A stretch of DNA of 63,776 bases, the filler included, from Asterionella formosa (Eukaryota): the NCBI GenBank assembly GCA_002256025.1. It is 8 parts of 8 records of this genome, joined end to end, with 100 filler letters (N's around TTAATTAATTAA, not from the genome) between each part and the next. Parts side by side here need not be neighbours in the genome. Positions count along the whole stretch, not along the records: positions 1 to 26,633 come from NKIB01001657.1; 7 more parts are not named here. One strand, 5' to 3'. Position 1 is the first letter of the stretch. Each line of letters starts with the position of its first letter. The notes under the pieces are model-generated. The model made no database searches and had not been told where the DNA came from. It was given only the letters and a program-made list of their open reading frames with translations. The position numbers and the translations under genes are program-made. Below, in pieces: positions 1 through 10,829 of the stretch.

Positions 1-94
1 TGGGGTTACTCAGTCCCCATCAAGGAACAACAACGATTTTTCACGTGCTCCTACTAGTTCAGTTTCAAGAACGGCAACTGCCAGGCGAGCACCA

Positions 95-406
95 ATGTTT
101 CCAAGAGCTCGCCGAAGCATGCAGAGTCGGGGTCAACATTTCAGGATCAATGAGATTCTCTCATTGCTGGAAACCATTTCTACTCACCTGCCAATTGGGT
201 CCCATGAATGGGAAGTTGTTGCATCACAGCACAACGAGAATTTCCCAGACAAAGAACGGACAGGACCTTCACTTCGCCGAAAGTTTTCACAACTGCACAA
301 AGTTAAGAAACCAACTGGGGACCCAACATGCCCTGCTGAGGTGAGATATGCCAAACAAGATAATCTGAAGAATGATATAGGAACCACGAGTCCTGGTCCA
401 TGCTAA
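95..406 (+). pseudogene. Myb/SANT-like (DUF6818-type) ORF, probably the truncated DNA-binding ORF of a PIF/Harbinger-type transposon
   Basis: Motif LPIG..EWE.VA..HN...R...SLRRKF..L...KKPTGDP.CP.EVR.AK. The ORF stops right after the domain. A candidate terminus TTATCAGAGCGCGCC|CAG lies at 676-692. Confidence 0.6.
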
Positions 407-909
407 CCCAAGCGCTAGACAACTGATGGAACAGAGGTATCTTTGCCGACCTTTCTTTGTTGTTGAATTTCTAACAATGAAGGCGGCATAGCATACAAGA
501 GGATGCATCGATATGAAAATTTAACTGTTGAAAATTAAAGTTAAAAATATAAATAATGTCAGAGAAGTAATCTAAAATATCTTATCTCTATTATCAGAGC
601 GCAAGGACGATATTATGTAGCAGATCACCAGAATAAATTGTGTTATAATACACACATGATATAATAATTTTTTATTATCAGAGCGCGCCCAGTAACTCAT
701 TCGAAAACGCCCACACGTAGAAAAATCATATGTTTTCTACATAACAATCCATCCTAAAAATAAGCTGCTCGGCACTTGAGGCACCGGAAATCTCCGTGAC
801 TAACGGTATTTTGGCCTTTCCAGAGGAGGAGTGAACATAATACATGGAAAATTCCTTTTGTGTATTGTGCACAGACCTCGCTGTTTTATCCAAATATCTT
901 GCAAAATTC

Positions 910-945
910 TAGTCGCGCGTACTTCTTGAAAAGTACGCGCGACTA
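910..945. repeat. Perfect 15-bp inverted repeat with 6-nt loop
   Basis: TAGTCGCGCGTACTT (910-924) / AAGTACGCGCGACTA (931-945). Confidence 0.95.
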
Positions 946-1015
946 CCATTTCGTCGAATCGAGTTTGAGCTCTGATCAGGCATTAAACATCCACGGGCAA
1001 TAACATTGCTCGTCA

Positions 1016-1189
1016 CACGGTATACCGGGACTTTTCCCAAACAGGGTTGAAAAAGAGAAAACTATTCGTAAATTCAACTGCCCATTGGCATTTGCACCAC
1101 ATTTGCACCACAATTGTACCACCAATTTCACCATTGTTACTTAGAGAAACCAAAATTGCACCATCAGACTATTCATATATAAATCCGTG
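1016..1189 (+). repeat. Dispersed ~170-bp repeat (module B) with CACGG...CCGTG ends and internal TGCACCA arrays
   Basis: Closely similar copy at ~59363-59528, sharing ACTATTCGTAAATTCAACTGCCCATTGGCATTTGCACCAC. Confidence 0.85.
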
Positions 1190-1652
1190 CTACGGCCTGC
1201 ACTACCGTAGAGATATATTCTACATAGGATAACGATCAGATTCATAAAAGATATGTATTTTGTAGTAGTAGCCAACGGCCGTAGGCTACCCGGTGCATAC
1301 ATGTAATAGAACATACCGGTACTAATAAATTATTGCTATTGTATCATATATATAGGTTACTACCGGTAATGAATTTTTATCTAAGGCACTCCTTGCTGAC
1401 GTCATATTGTCGCTGCACCACATTGCACCACCATAGACCTACTGGTACCGATACCTGGTACGGAGTACCACCATCAGGGTACATATCGGCACCTTGATGT
1501 AACTTCATGTACCGGTATCCGGATGATAATATACCGGTAGTTTCAGAACCGAACGTATCCCCTATTACCTGTGAATGCAATATCAAAAGATGAAATGCAA
1601 AATTATGACTACGTGATATATTATTCTACTGTAGGTAGGTAGGACAGACGGT

Positions 1653-3101
1653 TCAGCTGTAAACCACACTGACAGCCACCCCCCCCCCCCCCCCCTCGCT
1701 CAAAGGGCAGGTTTGAGGGAAGAAGCAAAGTGTGACTGATGAGACATACGGTGGGGTGAGACGCCCAGTGATGTTGTCAAGATGCTGGGCAAAAAGAATT
1801 CCACCAGTTTGTTTCGTGATGGCATCTGTGGCATTGAGACCAGATGCAATATCTTCAAGAGCAACCAGATTGCGCTCGACCCATTCAGTGAGAGCGAGCA
1901 TAATGTTGTATATCAATATGACGAGATTGCTTAGTGAGTTGACCAGCATGGGCCATGAGCAAGGCACCTCCATTATCTTCATAGAGGAGGGTAACAAATG
2001 TCTGGCAAATGTCTGGGGAACATGGAGTTCATCAAGGATGGATCGGAGGTAAAGGGCCGTTTTTCCAGCATCACTAGCAGCCAAAAATTCGGCTTCAGTG
2101 GAACTCAACGAAATAGTGGGTTGCACACGGCATTTCCAGGAAATGGCAGCACCAGCAAGTTTAAAAACCATGCCAGAGATTGATCACCGGTGCCATGCAT
2201 ATGTCAGTAGCCCAATCAGAGTCAACATAGCCAAAAACAGAAAAAAGGGGAATAGCGTTCACTGGCATCAGAGACATCATGGTGATGGAGGTGTTGATCA
2301 GCTGGGTTGGCAAGCCAAGAAGGGGGAAAGATGCTAGAGAGTTCAGGATGAGATGAAGGGCGCCAGTATGTGAGACCATGGTCCAGAGTGCCAGCCAGCA
2401 AGATATTTGAAGACACGTTTGACAGCCTGATAGTGAAGGGCAGCAGGGTGGGTGGAGAATTGACTCAATTTAACTACAGGAAAACTGAGTTCAGGAAGAC
2501 AGGTAATCATGGCCCATATGAGTTCACCAATGGCTCCCCGATATCGAAAATAGCTTGTTTCCAGTGCCAGATGTTCAGCCTCTGTGGTAGGACACAAGAT
2601 GGTGTCAAGGGCTTTGATGTGGTTATTGTCAGCAGGCATGGGAAGTTTAGATGGTTTCATTTCCATCCAAGCATGATTCTGGAGGAGTTTGCGGATGTAT
2701 GTACCACAGTGGGTAGTGATGAAATTGCTAGTTTGAATGATATCAATACCGTTGTAATGAGTTAGTAAAGCCTGTCGTTTCATTGGAACAAGGAGTTTGC
2801 TATCAAGGGCATCACAAATGTGGGTATAAAGTAGCAAGTCATTGGTTGCAACGGCAAAGTCATCAACTTGTGGAAGGAAAAGTACATTTTCATTGGATAT
2901 TGTAGCACGGTAGAGGCAAAGAGCATGAACTGTGGGGAAAAAATTGTATTCCTGCAAGATGGAATCAATGTGGCAGGACCATTGGCGAGGAGCTTCAGGA
3001 TGACCTTGCAAGTTCTTTCTTATTGGAATTACATAACCGACTGGAATGGGTGGATGACCTTGCTTTACTAGCCCACCACTCACGGTATTGGGTATCAACA
3101 C
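1653..3101 (-). pseudogene. pol: Copia reverse transcriptase + RNase H, frameshifted
   Basis: KNLQGHPEAPRQW, QVDDF, YRGAIGELIWAM, GYVDSDWA and GAAISWKCRVQPTISLSSTEAEF are spread over three ORFs. Confidence 0.92.
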
Positions 3102-3111
3102 GCATGTAATA

Positions 3112-3224
3112 CCGTCTGTAACTAAAAAATATCATGAAAATATGATCAAGGGTATCGTACGCTAAGTGGCACAGAATTTTCACATATATGATGGTTTTTT
3201 GATCAAAAATATGATCAATGTATC
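3112..3224 (+). repeat. Foreign repeat terminus (CCGTCTGTAA...) inserted in the copia element
   Basis: Its reverse complement matches 15909-16020. Confidence 0.8.
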
Positions 3225-3285
3225 ATATAATTATGATCATGCAGTAAACTTTTGCCGAGCTTGAAGTATGATGAGACTATCATAG

Positions 3286-4196
3286 TTATAATACCAAAAG
3301 GAGATTGATAACCTCCTGATTGGAGAGGTCTAGTGCAGCCTTTGATTGAAGTTTCAAGAGGATGAGACTACCCATTTCAAAGACAAGTGGGATAGGGAGA
3401 TTATGAGGACACAGAGCATGTCCCTTTTTAAAATGACGCAAAGGGCACAGGTCAATTTGAGTGGAGGTAGCCTGTTGGGTGAACTTGCAGTACCAGTCAT
3501 GAATGGCAAAGGGAGTCGAGAGAGACAGTGTTGGCAGATCTGTAGTCAAGAATGTTTTCTTGTCAATGTTGATTGCATCCTTGAGAGAAGAGGATTGCCA
3601 AAGGGGATGAGCAGGTAAGAGTGCATCAGTGGGAGCTGTGGCAGAACGACGTGCAAGGTCTGTTGTATCTGCCAACAAAATTGCATCATGGTAGGAATGT
3701 ATGTATGCATGACTAGGAGATGGGGAATGTTGAGAGCCTGTGCCACCCCCAGCATGAGGGGAATGGTTTGGTGGAAGGAGCTTAGTTGTTATGGGTTTAT
3801 CAGGAGGGGCGGTGGTACCAGAGGAAGCTGGGAGGGATGATGATGCAGGGGGTGATAAGAAGAGGAGAAAGCTTCAGCAGAAAACTCGCTCATTAACCCA
3901 ATCAAAATGATTAACTCCAGTATCAAAGGACTGGGAAAACCAAGCAATGAGCCCCATCACAGTATCACTATCAAGCCAATCCCACAGAGGATCTGCAAGG
4001 AGAGAGGCAGGTAAGAGAAAGTCAGCTGTGTCAGCTCCATGGTGGATGCGGCGCAATGCATGCTGAAACTTGGCAAGAGTAAGTCGGGGATGAAAGGTCA
4101 TGAAAACATTGATGGAGTCAGGAGCCAGTCCATCTTTGAAAAGGATGTCCATAACTGAACCAGGAGTATAAGATGGGGAGATGGAAGTGGTGGCCA
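3286..4196 (-). pseudogene. Disrupted gag-region ORFs of the copia element
   Basis: Position between the 5' LTR and pol, on the pol strand. No clear motif recognised. Confidence 0.45.
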
Positions 4197-5052
4197 TTTT
4201 TTTTAAATTAAAGAATTGATTAGAGGGGGAAAGGAAGGCCAGCAGAGGGAATGTGAATGTGTATGAAGGGAGGTCTGACTGCAAGTTGAAGGTTGGATAG
4301 ACAGACAAACTGGACAGGCTGAAAAAAGGAAGGAAGGACAGACAGAGGAGGCCGAAAAAAAGATGGAAGGACAGACACTCAAAATATGATACAGCCAAGC
4401 AGAAAACGAGGAAGAATGGTATCCACACCCAGAAACGGAAGAAACAGAGAAGCTGACAGAACTGGCGAATTCCGTGACAGATGGTGGTGTCACAGGAGCA
4501 AAGAAGATGGTGTGGGCGGGTAGTATGGAGATGGCTGGGGGCCTCTTGTGAATGAAGACAAAGAAGTAGGACAGGAATGTGCTTAAGAGATAGACAAAAG
4601 AGGATAAGGGGGTGTGGTAGTCCAGAACTTCAAGGAATCGGAAAAGGTGCGTGTGTGTTTGAAAAATCACATAGAAAAAGGGTAAAAGACAGTATCGGCT
4701 TTGTTGTACTGTTTGCACAGAAACCAAAGCAGAAGCGAAGAAGCAGGGGTTGAAAGACACCTCACAGTGTCTACGGCAAAGAAAAGAAGAGGAGTTGAGG
4801 GGTCAGGCAACCGCAAAAGGGCTCAGTAAGCTGTGAATGCAATATCAAAAGTTGAAATGCAAAATTATGACTATATGATATATCATTCTACTGTAGGTAG
4901 GTAGGACAGACGGTTCACCTGTAAACCACACTGACATTACCTGGTATGTACTGAGTCCTGAGTGTGCTCGATTTTGTGTAGATAGAAAACCATAGATCCT
5001 ATATAGCACGGAATTATGTTCAAGGAATAAAATATACTGGTAATACACATTA

Positions 5053-6019
5053 GACCGTTGCTAACGGTGGACCAAAACGCAAACCAAACAGTGTTTTGGT
5101 TTCGGTAACCCTAAAAAACGATGCTAACGGGAGTGAAAAACCCAATGCAAACGCAATACGTCTAGGGGATTCCGTGCTCATATCCCAATAAGTTACCCAA
5201 ACGCATTACGTTTAGGTTTTTTCCCAAAGTTACCTAAACGTAGGATTCCATATTGACTACTTTGAATGTAGTCACTAGAAACCCAATATATATCGTCGCA
5301 GAATCACTACATATAGGACGCATCATATGCCGGTACCAGTATATCATATCTATATATGTACAACAATAGCTATATGGTACCGGTACCAGGGTAGCAGGTA
5401 CCATACCACACTGGCGAGAACAACAACAACAACAAATCGACTTCGATTTATTATGCGGAACACATGAATCAATCTTCTGACACCACGACTTCATCTTCGT
5501 CATCCTCTTCAACTGAGGCTGCTGGTGGCGGTATAGCTCCGGCAACTGGGACTGGTGCATCGCCACGTCCCATTGTATCAATATATCTGGTAAGTAATCA
5601 GTAGATGTTTTGTTGCAGGTAATGGCGCATCGCCAATTCGTTTGTACCGAGACACCATTGTTTTTGTTTGCGGCATTCAATTCTGTCTGGGTTGCTGAAA
5701 CTGCTGTCAGTTGTATTTCATCATGAAGAAGTGTGGTCGGAGTATATATATATTTACGGCACTACCGGTAAATTGCGGGGAAAACTAACTAATTCCCAAA
5801 TAGGAATCATAATATTTCATTTATAAAAGTAGTCTAATAGAAATATTTTACTTTTTTTATAATGATTTTGTCATCCTACGTCACAGTAGATGGGTGGTTG
5901 ACAACATGTAGGATTTCCCAAAAACCGATAGCATTGTTTTCGCATCAGTTGACCAAAACCAAAACCAATCCAAGAATATGTTTTTGGGTTTTGGTTTGGG
6001 TCAACAGTCAGCAACGGCC
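5053..6019. mobile_element. Non-autonomous PIF/Harbinger (Tourist-like) element
   Basis: Imperfect TIRs GACCGTTGCTAACGGTGGACCAAAAC / rc GGCCGTTGCTGACTGTTGACCCAAAC, flanked by TTA at 5050-5052 and 6020-6022. Confidence 0.8.
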
Positions 6020-6111
6020 TTACTGGTACATATTATTTTTGATACTCGTTGACACACCATGCTCAATGCATCGTTCTTGGTTTCAAAAAAGCAGTCATAA
6101 TCCATTTGACC

Positions 6112-6296
6112 AGTACGAAAAGACCGCAAAAGAACGCGAAGTTCGCAAAAGACCTCAAAAGAACGAGAAAATCCGGATAAACGATGTTTTTTCTGCGGTC
6201 TTTCCGAACTTCGCGTTCTTTTGCGGTCCTTTGGGAAAACGTGATGCGAGGTCGATTTTAGATAAAACACCGTTTTTGTACGTGACTTTTCGTACT
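6112..6296. repeat. Nested inverted repeats upstream of eIF2-beta
   Basis: Perfect 24-bp arms at 6122-6145 / 6205-6228, plus 11-bp arms at 6112-6122 / 6286-6296. Confidence 0.85.
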
Positions 6297-6672
6297 TCGG
6301 ATTTTCCGTCAACTCCCTGTCATATGATGACATCATGCATGGTGATCGCAGCCGCGGCAGCGTCTGCTTTTTGATAGTCGCTTATGTTGATGCGCACTTC
6401 TTTCGCGTGAAACGTGTGGTCTTGCAGCAACATGACATCTTTCTCAGCCAATACTGTACGCTTGTCTGAGGGTCTCTCGGCCAGTAGTATGCTGTACATA
6501 TACTTTTTGACGTATGCATTGATCCATGCAATTAAGACTGTACGTGTTGGACTTAGTAAGAAAATAGGCGTGATACATCGCGTCGCTTCGGTACATAATA
6601 ATAAAAACCTCGTTTCGTTTTTGTCTGTTGCCATTGCTGTTTTCAAACAGTACTAGACAACAATAACGAAAG

Positions 6673-7356
6673 ATGGCTTCTGACGACGAGGCCGATGTGG
6701 CTGCTATGCTCGACTTGAGCAAGAAAAAGAAAAAGAAGAAGAAGCCAAAGGACGAAACGTCCGCGGAAGCGGAGGATGTCGCTGCTGCCAACTTGGGTGA
6801 TCAGGAGCGCATGTTGCTGGAGCAAGACACGATCCAAGAACGCGACGATCAATTTGATCGCAAGGCGGAGTATACGTACGACGAGTTGCTCGATCGTGTT
6901 GTCAATCTCTTGCAGGCCAACAATCCTGATTTAGTCGAGAAGAAGCGTCGTAATATCAAGCCACCGCAGCTCACCTTGCTATCGAGCAAAAAGACATTGT
7001 GGATCAACTTTCAGGAGATTTGCACCATGATGCAGCGTCCCAGCGATCACGTCTTTCAGTTCTTCATGGCAGAACTGGGAACGGAAGGATCAATCGATGG
7101 AAACCAGCGCCTCGTCATTCGAGGAAAATATGTCCCCAAATACATTGAGTCCTTGCTTCGTAAATATGTGGTTGAGTATGTTACTTGCGGGATGTGTCGC
7201 TCCCCCAATACTGACCTAGAGAGAGATTCTGGATCTCGTTTGTACTTTTGCAACTGTCGCGATTGCGGATCCAGTCGCTCTGTCGCTCCTATTCGTTCTG
7301 GTTATCATGCCACGTCTCGTGCCGACAGACGTGCTGCCAGAAACGCCAAGGGGTAG
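6673..7356 (+). CDS. EIF2S2: Translation initiation factor eIF2 subunit beta
   Basis: Poly-Lys box, KKTLWINFQEIC, FFMAELGTEGSIDG, C-terminal zinc finger EYVTCGMCRSPNT...C..CG. Confidence 0.95.
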   Translation: MASDDEADVAAMLDLSKKKKKKKKPKDETSAEAEDVAAANLGDQERMLLEQDTIQERDDQFDRKAEYTYDELLDRVVNLLQANNPDLVEKKRRNIKPPQLTLLSSKKTLWINFQEICTMMQRPSDHVFQFFMAELGTEGSIDGNQRLVIRGKYVPKYIESLLRKYVVEYVTCGMCRSPNTDLERDSGSRLYFCNCRDCGSSRSVAPIRSGYHATSRADRRAARNAKG

Positions 7357-8253
7357 AGAAGCGAAGCAACCAAGTAATACCAGGAGAATTAAGAACAAGA
7401 ATACAAACAAAGGGATCTGTAAGAAATATAATCTATTGTTGGAATTCACATATGTAGTGAGTATCGAGAAGCTTGGGGAAGGCACTTTAGTTTGGCTTCG
7501 GTGAGACAAACGCCAAGTCAATGTATACAGAGGCAAGATGGATGATTGCAGCAAGCTGTAACGCTTTTTGTAAACCTATCGGAACTCCTTCGCACTGCTT
7601 TCTTACTCAACATACAATAGAAGCAGAACATGACAACAAATCGTTGTCCTAGAAATAATTATGCCTCGAATTTTTTGACAGGCAATCTTCTCTTAATCAC
7701 ACTGATGTATTATGGCAACACAAAAAATATTTTTTTTCAAAGGTCTTGCCCTATGAAAAGTTATCTGGATCACCCTTGTTCTGGTGTAAGAATCGCAGCA
7801 TTCAAGGCTCACTTCAGTATCACTTCATTGCAATCGCGTCCAGGACTTAAAATACATCCTCATGCTCTGAGAACTGACCATCCAAAGGTGATGTGTACTT
7901 GTATAGCAATCCGGTGTCGTCAAATCCTGAAATATTGATGAGATTCCAGCCATTCCAGATAAAAATCAATCTTGATTCGTTTCTTGCACAACATTAGGTT
8001 TCAATTGAATGCATCACAACATATGTATTGAAAAATGTCTCGACCAACTCTCGGGATGCTATCTGCTATAGAGCACTTCTTCGTGGTACATTCAAACGAC
8101 TCTTGTAGAGGGCTCATCATCCCCAAGAACAATTATTTCAACAAGCCTGGAGCAACTTTCCACCGAAATTTACTGACTAGGCGCAGGGATAAATCAAGTA
8201 ACAGTTCATGCGAAGCTATGACCTATCCCACATGCAGATTATTTATTAAGCCA

Positions 8254-9903
8254 CTAAAAGAATGAATTAGGGTTCATGCCCGATGAAGGCTCCTCGTCCT
8301 CATCTATAGATCGCCAAATTCCGCTACCTCCAAAGAGAACGCCCATCTCTTCTTCTGCCTTGTCGTCATCGAAATCCATGACATCTTCCATTAACGCACG
8401 ATGCGCGGCCGAGAGAGTAGGTGGCGATGATGAAATTCTATCAAGCTCTTGCAACAAAAAATCACTGGCCATGATTGTAGCACTAGTTTCCGGTCCACTC
8501 AAGGGTGTCACATCGCCATTCATCCCAAGTCTTTTTTCAAGTGCTTGCTTAATGACATTAATCAAATTGCCTTGTTCAATCTGCGATGAATCCACCTTGT
8601 TGGCAGCAGGAGTAGCATCGTTTGCAAAAGTCATGTCCTTAGGCGAAACTGCGCCCGTCTGTTGAAAATCTTGCGCAATCTTCAAAGCTTCCATTTCACG
8701 TCTGTTCACCTTGACGTGTGCAACTTCGCTCCAATCTCTTAATCGCAACATGGTTTCCAACTTTTCCACTCCAATGCTGGCCAGAGTCTTTTCATTTTGC
8801 TGATATACAAGTCCTGTTGGAATTCCTTTTTGTGCCGATCGCACTTGCTGAGTCCGAAGCAAGTTAATCATTGGCCACGGAGATCGCCGTGCGTAGTTGG
8901 CTGCCATACCGTCACCACTTCGGTCGCCACCATCACGAAAAGTCCAGTAAGGATGGAAAAAGACGAGCTGCAAGAGCTCTTCGATATCAAGCGCCGTCAA
9001 AGGTTGAGTCAACGTGTTGGAGAAGGATTCAAAGAGTTCAATGTTTTCCATGCAGAACTCAGGAGCAATGAGAAGAGTTGTCGACAACTCCTTCTCGGGG
9101 TTCTGTTCGACGCGGACAACTTCCTTCCAGTAGCGAGCATACATTTCTTCCATACTTGTACAACGTTCGACCGTGTAAAATACCTTACCCATTGGCAAGC
9201 CCGCCAGATTTGGGCCCGAGGTGAAAGGACATATGCCCATGTCGGACATCATTTTGTCCACCCAGACTTTGGTAGTATCGATAATCGCATCATCGTCATC
9301 TGGAATCTTGTTAACGATATCTGGGTAACTTCGTTGAAGGGTCTGTCCATCTTGCTCTTCGTCGATTCCTTCATGGCTCCAATCATCACCATCATCCCAA
9401 AATGGATCATAGTCAAACTTGTAATCGCCGTCAGTCATATCTTTTTCTGGATTTCGGTAAGATTTGACAGTAAACCCAGTCACTGTACCTTTTTGTACAT
9501 ATGGTACAACGATTGTGTTGATCCCAAAATGATCACAAACATCTTTGCAGCAGTCCAAATGACCCAGCAATCTGTTGAGATATCCTGGCCTCTGAATAAA
9601 ACTTTCCATTTGAGGAAATAGGACAGTCGCTGTGTCTCCCTTCACCATACTGGACCCTTGAGCTATCATATGCCAGATACCGGATAGGAGTTGCGGTGTT
9701 GTGTAAGCCGGATCGCGTGGATGCCACTCGTCGTCTTCTTGGACTTCCGGGACGCCAAGCTGGTTGGCGACTAATTGAATACGTTCATGTTTTGTTATTA
9801 TGGCTTGCAAATTGCTGTAGGTCTTCTTGGGAATAAAAGCGAGCGAGTTTGTCAAGCTTACGAGGATAATGACAAATAACACGATGGGACCAGATGCCAT
9901 CAT
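8254..9903 (-). CDS. Plastid-targeted DUF1415-like protein
   Basis: Signal peptide ending SLA-FIP. Motifs WV..M...MGICPF, LQLVFFHP and NYARRSPWPMINLLR. Confidence 0.75.
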   Translation of the reverse strand: MMASGPIVLFVIILVSLTNSLAFIPKKTYSNLQAIITKHERIQLVANQLGVPEVQEDDEWHPRDPAYTTPQLLSGIWHMIAQGSSMVKGDTATVLFPQMESFIQRPGYLNRLLGHLDCCKDVCDHFGINTIVVPYVQKGTVTGFTVKSYRNPEKDMTDGDYKFDYDPFWDDGDDWSHEGIDEEQDGQTLQRSYPDIVNKIPDDDDAIIDTTKVWVDKMMSDMGICPFTSGPNLAGLPMGKVFYTVERCTSMEEMYARYWKEVVRVEQNPEKELSTTLLIAPEFCMENIELFESFSNTLTQPLTALDIEELLQLVFFHPYWTFRDGGDRSGDGMAANYARRSPWPMINLLRTQQVRSAQKGIPTGLVYQQNEKTLASIGVEKLETMLRLRDWSEVAHVKVNRREMEALKIAQDFQQTGAVSPKDMTFANDATPAANKVDSSQIEQGNLINVIKQALEKRLGMNGDVTPLSGPETSATIMASDFLLQELDRISSSPPTLSAAHRALMEDVMDFDDDKAEEEMGVLFGGSGIWRSIDEDEEPSSGMNPNSFF

Positions 9904-10152
9904 GGTGCAGGCGCACAAGAAATGTCAGCAGTGTTGAAAAATGTTGTTCCTTCCTTTGCCGCAGCCGATAGACAAATCCTTGACAAGGAGGTCGTTTTTG
10001 TTTTGTCGAATTTGATATGAGCGACGGCTCATATAAAATTGGAGGGCGTGTGTGCATCCCCCTGTATCAAAAGATAAATGATGTGGCGGTAACAAATATA
10101 CCGGTGTATATACCAGTGCTATTTATTCCTTGGATGGTGGTGCCCCCCTAAA

Positions 10153-10397
10153 TACCAGGTCGTGGTGCCAGGTACCAGGGTACATGGTACCTACTACAGT
10201 ACCAGCTGGGTACCTGATACCTGGTAGCGAGTAACTGGTACATGGGGACGTGACGGGTACACCAAGGGATCGGTCTACCAGTAGCGGTACCTGGTACTCC
10301 GTTCCTGGTACCGATACCAGGTACCAGGTACGGTACAGAACTCGGTACCAGGTACTTTCATGCTGTCATTTTATAGGTACCAGGTACCTGGTACCAG
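10153..10397. repeat. (GGTACCW)n / TACCGGTA palindromic motif cluster in a divergent intergenic region
   Basis: Dense GGTAC/GTACC motifs, e.g. GGTACCAGGTACCTGGTACCAG at ~10376-10397. Confidence 0.9.
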
Positions 10398-10465
10398 CAA
10401 GTTGACATTTTAATCTGGGATAAAGGTAGCTAAATCTTTAGTTTCAGCAAAATTACCGCAACTTG
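10398..10465 (+). mobile_element. Short MITE, copy 1 (internally deleted)
   Basis: Ends CAAGTTG...CAACTTG flanked by CAG / CTG. Homologous to 37463-37550 and 50310-50396. Confidence 0.85.
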
Positions 10466-10829
10466 CTGCAGAGGTTACTGACACCCTCAGCGAACTCCTC
10501 AAACGCTCAGGAGTCCCCCGGTGACGAACTATTCACGTCATCACAGTTCCAATGATATGTTCTGCCTTTCAAGCCACGAAGCGACGAAGGAAGCATCCTT
10601 CTCACGACGTGGTTTTCTTCTTAAATTTTTTTCTTTCTCGTTGTCATACAGTACTGCAGACTGAAAACTGCGTTATCGAAGCCAGCTGGCTGCTGGATTG
10701 AATCTCTTGCCTGTCAACCTTGACAGGCAACCCGTTAGAAGTCCCTTGACTATCAGAAGTCTATTTTCATTCTTCCGTTTTCGTATAATAGAATAAGTCT
10801 GTAAAACCTTTTGGCATTGAGAACCAACG

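Larger units (their letters stand above)
1570..4936 (-). mobile_element. Ty1/copia LTR retrotransposon (CoDi-like), both LTRs intact, internally deleted and degenerate
   Basis: 105-bp LTRs TG...CA at 1570-1674 and 4832-4936 with 5 mismatches. 5-bp TSD TTACC at 1565-1569 and 4937-4941. Poly-G PPT on the minus strand next to 1675. RT and RNase H ORFs inside. Confidence 0.95.
1450..5010 (-). repeat. Dispersed repeat (module A) split by the copia insertion: segments ~1450-1569 and 4942-5010
   Basis: The two segments join into the reverse complement of the uninterrupted sequence at ~59130-59305. Confidence 0.85.

Noticed and set aside
910..945. Hairpin as a rho-independent terminator
   Set aside because: Eukaryotic nuclear context, no U-tract and no adjacent gene end.
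4203..4760. Hydrophobic Phe/Ser-rich ORFs resembling membrane proteins
   Set aside because: Translation of the pyrimidine-rich leader of the copia element.
8797..9621. 274-aa antisense ORF and similar shadow ORFs (21616-22137, 34448-35011, 60353-60934)
   Set aside because: They lie opposite well-supported genes and show no motifs.
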